DNA from: Flavobacteriales bacterium
GTDB lineage: Bacteria; Bacteroidota; Bacteroidia; Palsa-965
Length of the DNA: 22,399 nt
Direction of reading: 5' to 3'
Assembly (NCBI GenBank): GCA_040377305.1
Contig: JBEIPA010000047.1
Location: 1 to 22,399 of the forward strand
Positions 7,972-15,938 of the stretch are shown piece by piece. The notes beneath the pieces are model-generated. The model worked only from the letters and a program-made list of their open reading frames with translations. It had not been told where the DNA came from and ran no database searches. Both the position numbers and the translations under genes were made by a program. Within the stretch, counting starts at the first letter, position 1. Each line of letters starts with the position of its first letter.

Positions 7972-8571
7972 TTACGTAGAAGTTTTATCCAATGCTTTTT
8001 TCAGTTTGTCGATGATACGATACGTTCGAACCTTCGCATTATTTTCTGTGATGCCGAGAATTTCACCGATCTCTGCAAATGCACGCTTTTCAAAAAAGCG
8101 CAATTCCAGAAAGTGAATGTCTTCAGGAGAAAGTGTAGACATAAGCTTCATCACCAATTGCCTGTTTTCTTCCGACTCTTTTTCTCCACCCGCTTCCGCA
8201 ATCATCTCACCAATATTGGTCTGCTCAATACTTACAACTCGTTGCCGTGAAGTTTTCCGGTAGTACATATTCACTTCATTCAGCGCAATGCGGAATAACC
8301 ACGCCGAGAATGGCAATCCTTTCGCTTCGTATTTCGGCAGTGCAACCATGGCTTTCAGAAATGCATCCGAAACTATGTCACCGGCAATATCCTCATCTCC
8401 AACCCTGCGGAACACAAACACGAAAATCTGCCGGTAATATTTCTCGTAAAGTATTCCGAACCGCCCAGGATCTTTCCTCGCCTCTTCGATGATCTGGCTT
8501 TCGTTGAAAATCTGCTCCTTGGATTGATGGTAGCGGTTCAAATCCTGGTTGTTTGACTGTCCTAATGACAT
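7972..8571 (-). CDS. ECF-type RNA polymerase sigma-70 factor
   Basis: Region 2 (FGILYEKY...DIVSDAFLKA...FSAWLFRIALN) and region 4 (LRFFEKRAFAEIGEILGITENNAKVRTYR). The start is reassigned to the ATG at 8571. Confidence 0.93.
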   Translation of the reverse strand: MSLGQSNNQDLNRYHQSKEQIFNESQIIEEARKDPGRFGILYEKYYRQIFVFVFRRVGDEDIAGDIVSDAFLKAMVALPKYEAKGLPFSAWLFRIALNEVNMYYRKTSRQRVVSIEQTNIGEMIAEAGGEKESEENRQLVMKLMSTLSPEDIHFLELRFFEKRAFAEIGEILGITENNAKVRTYRIIDKLKKALDKTST

Positions 8572-8610
8572 TGCGGGGTGAAAGATACAGAACGGCTGAA
8601 AAAATGTGCA

Positions 8611-8658
8611 GATATGCCTATATGCCGATGTGCCGATATGCCAATTCACAGGCACATC
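8611..8658. repeat. 8-bp-period repeat (GATATGCC)x4 with one inverted unit
   Basis: GATATGCC TATATGCC GATGTGCC GATATGCC, then GGCACATC, in the divergent intergenic region. Confidence 0.7.
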
Positions 8659-8662
8659 TGAA

Positions 8663-8693
8663 CTGTATCTTTTGGTCAACATGCTAGTTATAA
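8663..8693 (+). promoter_or_regulatory. Putative ECF-sigma promoter (TGTATC-N17-GTTATA)
   Basis: CTGTATCTTTT...GTTATAA...CAAACACAC is conserved with the region upstream of the paralog at 11279-11320. Confidence 0.55.
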
Positions 8694-8709
8694 AGGCAAA
8701 CACACACGC

Positions 8710-11181
8710 ATGAAAGCCCTATTCATCACACTCTCCCTCTTCATCGGATCAGTTCCGGTATTGGCCACCGATCACACAATTGCACAAGCGGAAGCCGATG
8801 CAGCAAACGTGCAAACATTGGTACTGCATGGAAGTAGTACTGAATCAAACCGGCTTTTACAGTTGGCTCCAAAGCTTACTGCACTCGAAACAGTAGTATT
8901 CGATGGAATCACTAATGATCAAACGGCAAGTAGTCTTGTTTCGTCTGTGGCCGCTTGTAATAATGCCCGCACGATCAGATTCAGAAACTGTGTACTGGAA
9001 AAGCTCCCGGCAAATCTTCGCATGCTCACGCAGGTAAGTTCGTTTGAATCAGAAAACTCAGAAATTGCGGATGGCGATCAATTCTACAACGCAATAGCCG
9101 ACATGCCGAACGTCAGAAACGTAGCCGTAACAAGTTCTGCTTTTCGTTCGCTTCCAAAATCATTTTCACGTTTGCGCACAATGGACAACATCAATCTCGT
9201 GAACACCGATATTCAGTTGGCGAGCGGATTTGACCGGAATACAAAAACACCGGATGAACTTCGTGCAACACAAAGTGTTCAATTTGGTTTTGACAATGAT
9301 GCATTGAATCTCAACTATACGTGTTACAATGCAGAAGCGGGAAAATCGCACGTTCAAATGTTCCGCGACGTTCTGCAAGGTGCTTATCGCGAATCGAATG
9401 TATTGTATACTCCGGCGAGCACACGTGCATTCGTGAAGAATCATCCGTTGGTTAAGCCTCCGGTGAAGGGTGTTGACATTGCACCTGATGTATATTCCGT
9501 GAATCCCATGACAGGTTCAGTGGTTGAATACGGATCGGGCACTACAATTCTAATTCCTTCAATGGCATTCGAAGACGTCAACGGAAATCTGGTGCAGGGA
9601 CCTGTTGATATCACATATCGCGAATTTCGTGATCAGGTTGATGTGGTGCTGAGCGGAATTCCAATGGACTATGACAGTGCAGGTACTTCAGGGAAGTTTG
9701 AATCGGCGGGGATGTTCGAGATGCAGGCTTCGCAGAACGGCACGGAAGTTTTTCTGCGCGATGAAAAAGAAATTGAGTTGAAGTTCGCCGTGACAGATAC
9801 CGCTTCTGATTTCAATTTCTATCGACTCGATGAAGTTAACGGCTGGACTTATCTGGAAAATACCGGTACCGTGGAAGAAGATGCACCCACGGAGTTTGTT
9901 CCGTCAACCACCCGCGCGCCTCAGCAAAATGTTGTTTCGAAATCAGACGATCAGGAAGAGTCTGTTAACCGGGATCGTGTCACCATTGCCGTGCGATTGT
10001 ATTGCAACGCGGCACGGCAGATTGTAGTCCGCGATTGGTTACACGACACAACCGATTTTGATGTACGTTATAACGATACGTGTTATTACGGTATTACACG
10101 TTCGGCCATGGCCGGAACTTCGTTGAATGCTGAGGAAAAAAGTGAACGCAGTTCCCGCTTATTTCTCCGAAAGCGAATTGGTGGAGATGACTTTACGGTT
10201 TTATCACTTCGCACAATTTCCGGACGTTTCGGCTTGAATTCAGAGTTGAGTGCTTATTCAAGCTATCACTGGATGATCAATGAGAAAATGACCAGAAGAC
10301 AGGTTGATGAGCGGTTCGGTAAGGAAGCCGGCATTAATGATTGCCGGGTGATTCAGGATGGAGATGAATATTATCTCGAGCTCAAATATTATTGGGGTTA
10401 TGAGCAGATCAAGGTGCAACCGGTGCGTGTTAATTCACAGGATCAGTTGGTAACGGTGCAGGAGAAACAACAACAGAATTTGTTCAATTCGTACACACGA
10501 AAGCTGAATAGTCGACGTGCGCGTTTGAATCGATACAATCAGGAACAGATCGGGCGACACAATCGCGGGGTTGAGCGAGCACATCGCGATTCTGTTCGCG
10601 CGTGGAATGGTCTTAACCGGGTAATGAGTGCGGATGAAAAGCAGATGGATTTTACTGCATGGAATATTTATGCGGGTAAAGGAGAGGCTTTTTTTCAACC
10701 TAATATGCTCCCGATGGTGTTTAATAAAACACGTGCAGTTTATCAGCGTATCCGGATTCCGTCATTTGGACTGTACAATTGCGACAGGGTGATTAAACTT
10801 AGTGAACCAGTTGCATTTGTTACAAAAGTTATTTCCGTAGCAGGAGCAGTAATTGTTCCGGTGGTGATCCACGTAGTAGACAAATTGAGAAACCGCGTGA
10901 TGTCGTATGCGGGCGGAACGATGGGAGATGGAGTGCGCGCTACCTATGAAAAAGGTGGAGTGAATTATCTGCTGTTCACCGATGAGGCGGGCAAGTTGTA
11001 TAAAGTTTCTCCTGAAGAGTTTCAGAATGGAATTTATGGAGGAGAAAAGCACACTGAATTTATGGGTGAGGAAGTAGAGAGCGATGGTGCCACGGCTCAA
11101 TCTGTGCGCAAAGCTGCAACACAGGAGGTCGGACTTATGGGATTTGGTTCTGGTTTTCAGAATCCAACGGGGCAAAAATAA
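8710..11181 (+). CDS. Large exported protein: degenerate N-terminal LRRs plus an uncharacterised YREF/SGIPM/ESAGMFE domain (paralog A)
   Basis: SPI-type signal peptide (PVLA-T), LRR-like LEKLPANLRMLTQV and FRSLPKSFSRLRTMDNINL, and C-terminal GLYNCD. No lipobox or T9SS CTD is visible. Confidence 0.8.
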   Translation: MKALFITLSLFIGSVPVLATDHTIAQAEADAANVQTLVLHGSSTESNRLLQLAPKLTALETVVFDGITNDQTASSLVSSVAACNNARTIRFRNCVLEKLPANLRMLTQVSSFESENSEIADGDQFYNAIADMPNVRNVAVTSSAFRSLPKSFSRLRTMDNINLVNTDIQLASGFDRNTKTPDELRATQSVQFGFDNDALNLNYTCYNAEAGKSHVQMFRDVLQGAYRESNVLYTPASTRAFVKNHPLVKPPVKGVDIAPDVYSVNPMTGSVVEYGSGTTILIPSMAFEDVNGNLVQGPVDITYREFRDQVDVVLSGIPMDYDSAGTSGKFESAGMFEMQASQNGTEVFLRDEKEIELKFAVTDTASDFNFYRLDEVNGWTYLENTGTVEEDAPTEFVPSTTRAPQQNVVSKSDDQEESVNRDRVTIAVRLYCNAARQIVVRDWLHDTTDFDVRYNDTCYYGITRSAMAGTSLNAEEKSERSSRLFLRKRIGGDDFTVLSLRTISGRFGLNSELSAYSSYHWMINEKMTRRQVDERFGKEAGINDCRVIQDGDEYYLELKYYWGYEQIKVQPVRVNSQDQLVTVQEKQQQNLFNSYTRKLNSRRARLNRYNQEQIGRHNRGVERAHRDSVRAWNGLNRVMSADEKQMDFTAWNIYAGKGEAFFQPNMLPMVFNKTRAVYQRIRIPSFGLYNCDRVIKLSEPVAFVTKVISVAGAVIVPVVIHVVDKLRNRVMSYAGGTMGDGVRATYEKGGVNYLLFTDEAGKLYKVSPEEFQNGIYGGEKHTEFMGEEVESDGATAQSVRKAATQEVGLMGFGSGFQNPTGQK

Positions 11182-11278
11182 ATTGCGGGCAGACAACCGA
11201 GGCCACACCAACACGTCTACCATTTAAATGTGAAAACGCGCCAACTGTTAAGAATTGGTTGGTTGAGGTATGGACCCG

Positions 11279-11308
11279 CTGTATCTTTTACTTGCCTCCC
11301 GGTTATAA
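11279..11308 (+). promoter_or_regulatory. Putative ECF-sigma promoter (TGTATC-N16-GTTATA)
   Basis: Second copy of the bipartite motif seen at 8663-8693. In both copies GTTATAA ends 16 nt before the ATG. Confidence 0.55.
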
Positions 11309-11324
11309 TTCAAAACACACAAAT

Positions 11325-13673
11325 ATGAAATCATTACTCTTTACCCTCGCGTTTACAATCGGATTGATTCCGGTCATGGCTAAAGATCACACGCTGGCAG
11401 AAGCAGAAAAGGATGCGGTGAATGTCAATACGCTGGTGCTGGACGGAAGTGCGAATCAATCTAAACGATTGTTGAAGCTGGCTCCAAAACTTGTAGCACT
11501 TGAGACCGTTATTATGGACGGATTAACCAGCGAAGCAGTTTGCACTGATCTGATTTCCTCAGTGGCAGCCTGCAACACCGCACGCACGATCAATTTTAGG
11601 AATTGTGCGTTACAGCAGTTGCCATCGAATCTCCGAATGCTTACTCAGATCAGAAATTTTAGTTCTGAGAATACCACTGTTGCTGACGGAGAGCAGTTTT
11701 ACAACGCAATCGCCGACATGCCAAATGTGGTGACTGTTACAGTAACAGGAACCGATTTTCGTCAGCTACCGAAGTCATTTTCCCGTTTACGCGTTATGGA
11801 GAATGTAAGTCTCGTGAACAACGATATGCAGCTTGTGAGCGGATACGATCGCAACAACAAAACAGCAGATGAACTTCGCGCTACTGAATCAGTAGTCTTC
11901 GGATTTGGTGATGATGCGTTGAATCTCAGTTACACATGTTACAACGCTGGTGCTGCTAAATCCCACGTATCCATGTTCCGCGATGTTTTGCAAGGAGCTT
12001 TCCGTGCATCGAATGAGTTTTATGCACCTGTTCAGTCTGCAGCTTTCAACAAGCCACATCCGCTGGTAAAACCGCCGGTGAAAGGACTTGACGTATATCC
12101 GGATGTTTACACTTACAACGGTATGACAGGTGGCAATATCGAATATGGTTCGGGTACTACCATTAATATTCCCGCGAACGCATTTGAAGATGCCAATGGT
12201 GCGCCGGTTGCAGGAAAGATTGATATTACTTACCGGGAGTTTCGTGATCCGGTCGATATCGTACTGAGTGGAATTCCTATGACTTACGATACGGGCGGAG
12301 TAGTCGAGAATTTTGAATCAGCAGGAATGTTTGAGATCAATGCTTCGCAGAATGGGAATGAAGTTTATCTGCGCGAAGGAGTGAAAATTGATATGAATTT
12401 TGCAGTGGTTGATACCGCGTCGACATTTAACTTTTATCGCTTAGATGAAAAGAATGGCTGGCAGTATCTGGAAAGCACAGGTGAGGTTGAACAGGAAATG
12501 GTTCCTGCACCAGATAGCGTGCAAGCTCCATGGTCTGATGCGGTAAGTTATTACGTAGACAAACTCAACGGAGTTCGCACATTTCCACTTACGGCTGATA
12601 CGACTTCCTTTGAGCGTCGTTATGCTGATACGAGTTATTTCGGAACTACAAAATATACAAACAGGGCTCAGCGCTTCCAACATAGAGAAAGACGAAAAGC
12701 GAGTAGCAAGCTTTATTTCCGGAAGTATGGATCTGGTCCGGATTACACAATGATTAAAGTGGAACGGAATTACTATTACGCAGGCAATCCGGAGTTGGGA
12801 GCGTACAGTGGGTACTACTGGAAATTAGATGGAAGAAAGAGATCTAGTCAACTGAAGCCCGAGTTTGGTCGCAAGGCTGGAATCAACGATGTCAGAGTAA
12901 TTAACGACGGCGGGCAATATTACCTGGAACTGAAATATCATTGGGGATTCACCCGTGTTGCCGCGGAACCGGTGAGCATGGATAGAAATGGCGATGCAAA
13001 ATCCATTAGTGACCGAATGAAGCAAACCCTGTTTAAAAACTATACTCGTCGCCTGGAACATCGGAAGAAGGACCTTACGCGTGAACTCGCGCATAAAGTG
13101 AAACAACACAATCGAAGGAATGATCGTGCGTCAAAAGATTCAGTGAAAGTATACGAACGCACTATGCCGAAGATGAACGAATCGGAAGCAGCAATGGATT
13201 TTTCTCCCTGGAACAACTACGTACGATCAGAGAGAATGCGCACCGCAAGTGCAGCTGAACGGGCATATATTGCAAGTGGCGAAGCTGTTCAGGCGTTGCA
13301 GCTACAGGGAATGGGTGTGTTTAACTGTGATCAGGTAAAACGTCTTGATCATCCTGTAAAAGCCACAGTAAAGAAGATTGCAGTTGGTGCTGCGGCGGTG
13401 GTTCCGTTTATTGTTTACGTCATTGATAAAGCCAAGAACATGGTTTTAACCTACACCGGAAACGGTGGAGGTCCGGTGCGTGTAACTTACGGTGGACAGG
13501 CAAACAATACGTTGATGATGGTGGATGGCGCTGGCAATCTCTATATGAGTGATGAAAATCAATTCAAAGAGGGAGCAGTAAAAGGAGGGGACGGCAATTT
13601 CAACGCAACGATGGTTTCAGGACCATTCTCAACTCCGGAGAGTGTAAGGCAGTCGGTATTTAAAGAAGAGTAA
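11325..13673 (+). CDS. Large exported LRR-like protein (paralog B of 8710..11181)
   Basis: The start is reassigned to ATG 11325 (MKSLLFTL), which aligns with MKALFITL of paralog A. Shared blocks include QFYNAIADMPNV, LPKSFSRLR, HPLVKPPVKG, ITYREFRD, FESAGMFE, FNFYRLDE, YYLELKY and NCD. Confidence 0.8.
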   Translation: MKSLLFTLAFTIGLIPVMAKDHTLAEAEKDAVNVNTLVLDGSANQSKRLLKLAPKLVALETVIMDGLTSEAVCTDLISSVAACNTARTINFRNCALQQLPSNLRMLTQIRNFSSENTTVADGEQFYNAIADMPNVVTVTVTGTDFRQLPKSFSRLRVMENVSLVNNDMQLVSGYDRNNKTADELRATESVVFGFGDDALNLSYTCYNAGAAKSHVSMFRDVLQGAFRASNEFYAPVQSAAFNKPHPLVKPPVKGLDVYPDVYTYNGMTGGNIEYGSGTTINIPANAFEDANGAPVAGKIDITYREFRDPVDIVLSGIPMTYDTGGVVENFESAGMFEINASQNGNEVYLREGVKIDMNFAVVDTASTFNFYRLDEKNGWQYLESTGEVEQEMVPAPDSVQAPWSDAVSYYVDKLNGVRTFPLTADTTSFERRYADTSYFGTTKYTNRAQRFQHRERRKASSKLYFRKYGSGPDYTMIKVERNYYYAGNPELGAYSGYYWKLDGRKRSSQLKPEFGRKAGINDVRVINDGGQYYLELKYHWGFTRVAAEPVSMDRNGDAKSISDRMKQTLFKNYTRRLEHRKKDLTRELAHKVKQHNRRNDRASKDSVKVYERTMPKMNESEAAMDFSPWNNYVRSERMRTASAAERAYIASGEAVQALQLQGMGVFNCDQVKRLDHPVKATVKKIAVGAAAVVPFIVYVIDKAKNMVLTYTGNGGGPVRVTYGGQANNTLMMVDGAGNLYMSDENQFKEGAVKGGDGNFNATMVSGPFSTPESVRQSVFKEE

Positions 13674-13737
13674 AATGTGTTTTGGTTGATGAACCTTTCT
13701 CAAAAAGGAAGTGGTTAGACTTTAGAGATAGGTTCGG

Positions 13738-13778
13738 AAAAAGAAAAGTCCCGATGGTGTGTCGGGACTTTTCTTTTT
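13738..13778. terminator. Bidirectional Rho-independent terminator
   Basis: AAAAAGAAAAGTCCCGA / TCGGGACTTTTCTTTTT between convergent genes. Confidence 0.88.
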
Positions 13779-15007
13779 TATTTCTGCACCGGAAATTTCG
13801 CCAGTACATCTTTCGCCGCATCCTTGTGAATCGTGAAAGTCATCATCTTGAGCTTCACATAATCCTCGTGATAATAGTAGTAACCCGGATTCTGCGGATT
13901 GTTTCTTGCGCTGCTTCCTGAATCTTTAATCAGAAACCACATTCCGTTTGTTTTTTCTGTCCAGCCAATCATGTGAATGCCGTGATCGTCTGTTGTTGTT
14001 CCGTTGCTGAATCGAAGCTGACGTGCATCTTCGTTGATGTACGTTGAAGGAATATCATACGAAGGAATCATCGCAACACCAAGCTCAGGAGAAATTCCAC
14101 CTTCTGAAACATCACCACCAATGGCAATGCTGTAACCGCTTTTAATTCCGCTTTTGATAATATCCATCCACGTATCGAGTGGAACGTTATAGTATTCGGC
14201 AGAATTCCACCAGTTATCCGGAACATCATATTCCGCTTTCTGCCAATATGGAGATTGCTTCAGTGACATAAACTCGATGTAATCAAGTGGATTCAGTTTG
14301 AGTACACTGGTCATGTATTGCTGGGGACTCATTGTTTTGCCCGCAATCGAAATTGATGTCGGTGGCTCTCCCATGTGAAACTTCAGGATTGACTTCACTG
14401 TACTCACCACTGTTTCCTCGTTCCATGCGCCAGATTCTTTCACCTTCTTCAGATAAGCATCTACTTCTTCGAACAAAGTTGCGTGATCGTAGAAAGGTTG
14501 ATTCGGTTTCAATCCAGTGTAAGAATCATACGGAACCAATCCATACATCTGCATCATGCGCGTTACGGCATTCGATTCAGAACCTTCGCCGATGAACATG
14601 TCTCCGCGTGTTTTCACAAACTCTTTCGCTTTCTCTACATATTCCCAATACACGATGTACGACTGAGAAAGCTTCACTTCCTGTTTCGAAATGCGATTCA
14701 CTTCCGTTTCGAAATACGAAAGAGTAGAAAAGCACCAACAGGTATTTGTCAATCCTTGTGAAATCGGAGCCGTGTTATACACCGTTTTGAACTCACTCAA
14801 CGATTTCGGAACATCGATTCCCGTATAGTCCATCGAGAAACGTTTGTCGTCCTTCTTCTCTTCGCCTCTGAAGTCTTTCATCTTTTGTTTGATGTTCGAC
14901 ATGAAAGGATTCTGATACGATTTCATGGAGCCGCCATCTTTGCGGTCCTGGGCAATTGCAGTCCCGCACAAAGCGAATGCAATTGATAATGAGAGAATGT
15001 TCTTCAT
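13778..15007 (-). CDS. Exported C1-family cysteine aminopeptidase (PepC/bleomycin hydrolase-like)
   Basis: Signal peptide, QGLTNTCWCFS (oxyanion Gln and catalytic Cys), TTDDHGIHMIG (catalytic His) and WFLIKDSG. Confidence 0.88.
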   Translation of the reverse strand: MKNILSLSIAFALCGTAIAQDRKDGGSMKSYQNPFMSNIKQKMKDFRGEEKKDDKRFSMDYTGIDVPKSLSEFKTVYNTAPISQGLTNTCWCFSTLSYFETEVNRISKQEVKLSQSYIVYWEYVEKAKEFVKTRGDMFIGEGSESNAVTRMMQMYGLVPYDSYTGLKPNQPFYDHATLFEEVDAYLKKVKESGAWNEETVVSTVKSILKFHMGEPPTSISIAGKTMSPQQYMTSVLKLNPLDYIEFMSLKQSPYWQKAEYDVPDNWWNSAEYYNVPLDTWMDIIKSGIKSGYSIAIGGDVSEGGISPELGVAMIPSYDIPSTYINEDARQLRFSNGTTTDDHGIHMIGWTEKTNGMWFLIKDSGSSARNNPQNPGYYYYHEDYVKLKMMTFTIHKDAAKDVLAKFPVQK

Positions 15008-15129
15008 AGCTGTTATTTGAAAATGCTCAGCGAAATTAGAATTATCGGTGAACCGCGCAAGCGTATTTCGCCCAACGGTTGTCAGGCACTATGAATTCAC
15101 ATATTTGGTGGATTAAATCCGAAGCCAAG

Positions 15130-15858
15130 CTAGTATGACATATCCCACAGAAGCTGGTTCTCGTAATAACGAAGATCCATTTCCATTTGTTCGAGGTAAG
15201 TCAATACGGCGTCCGGATCCTGCTCGAACAAGGTTTTGTCCCAACCCTGGATGTAACTGTAATCAGATTCTTCCAGAAGAGGGAAGTAGTTTCTGTACGA
15301 AAGGCAATCATACAAGCCTGCATCTTCACCATACTCTTCACAGTTTTCGCGGTAAGAAAAAAGTGCGCTGAACAAAGCTTCGTCGCGTTCTGTATTGTTG
15401 AAGAATGCAATGGACGTTGCAGTGGTGTAACTCACTCCGGAATTATCGAGTGTGTCCTTAAATGCAACGCGTAGCTCATTGATGAGTCTTGCACAATTGT
15501 CACTTTCCTTGTCGAGGTGATCGAGCATGGCTTCCTGATACGAATACACATAACCTAATCTGATCTCGTGGTTGAGAGAATCGTTCTCGCGCTCTGTGGC
15601 TCCAGGACCGTAATCATATCTGTCACCCGGATCGTCGTAGTTGTAGCCGTAGTCGTATGCATCAACAACCGTATTCGCAGCCATCATAGAATCGCGGTAC
15701 ATCTGCCATTCGTAATCGCTCATTTGGCGATTGTCGGGTTGCTGTGCGGTCCAACCGATAGCAACTGCAATACCGATGATGAGCAATGCAGAAAGACCAA
15801 TCCCAATGTTGATCAGGATCTTGTGTTTCTCTTCTGGTTTTTCTTCAGCTGCCGACAT
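15130..15858 (-). CDS. Single-pass membrane protein with a GldM N-terminal-like helical domain
   Basis: N-terminal TM helix and an acidic Tyr-rich linker. The C-terminal W...F...P..VLT.L.QM..DLR..E pattern resembles GldM/PorM domain D1. Confidence 0.5.
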   Translation of the reverse strand: MSAAEEKPEEKHKILINIGIGLSALLIIGIAVAIGWTAQQPDNRQMSDYEWQMYRDSMMAANTVVDAYDYGYNYDDPGDRYDYGPGATERENDSLNHEIRLGYVYSYQEAMLDHLDKESDNCARLINELRVAFKDTLDNSGVSYTTATSIAFFNNTERDEALFSALFSYRENCEEYGEDAGLYDCLSYRNYFPLLEESDYSYIQGWDKTLFEQDPDAVLTYLEQMEMDLRYYENQLLWDMSY

Positions 15859-15899
15859 AGAATTCAGGTTGGATGAAGATACTAAATCTCGATTTCATG

Positions 15900-15938
15900 G
15901 TACGCGGATTGGGCGGATTTAGCGGATGATCGCGGATT
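15900..15938. repeat. Degenerate ~9-bp-period GCGGAT tandem repeat (copy 2)
   Basis: GTACGCGGATT GGGCGGATT TAGCGGATG ATCGCGGATT. Confidence 0.7.

Noticed and set aside
8572-8703. N-terminal extensions in the ORF track (sigma from 8703; also 5991, 11259, 17410 and 22137)
   Set aside because: They run through promoters, repeats or neighbouring genes. Downstream ATGs match the domain starts, signal peptides or the paralog alignment.
8710-13673. NLR-like anti-phage defence or T9SS-secreted BspA-type adhesin interpretation of the LRR proteins
   Set aside because: The signal peptides indicate export, and no NTPase, TIR or nuclease motif, T9SS CTD or BspA-type repeat consensus is visible.
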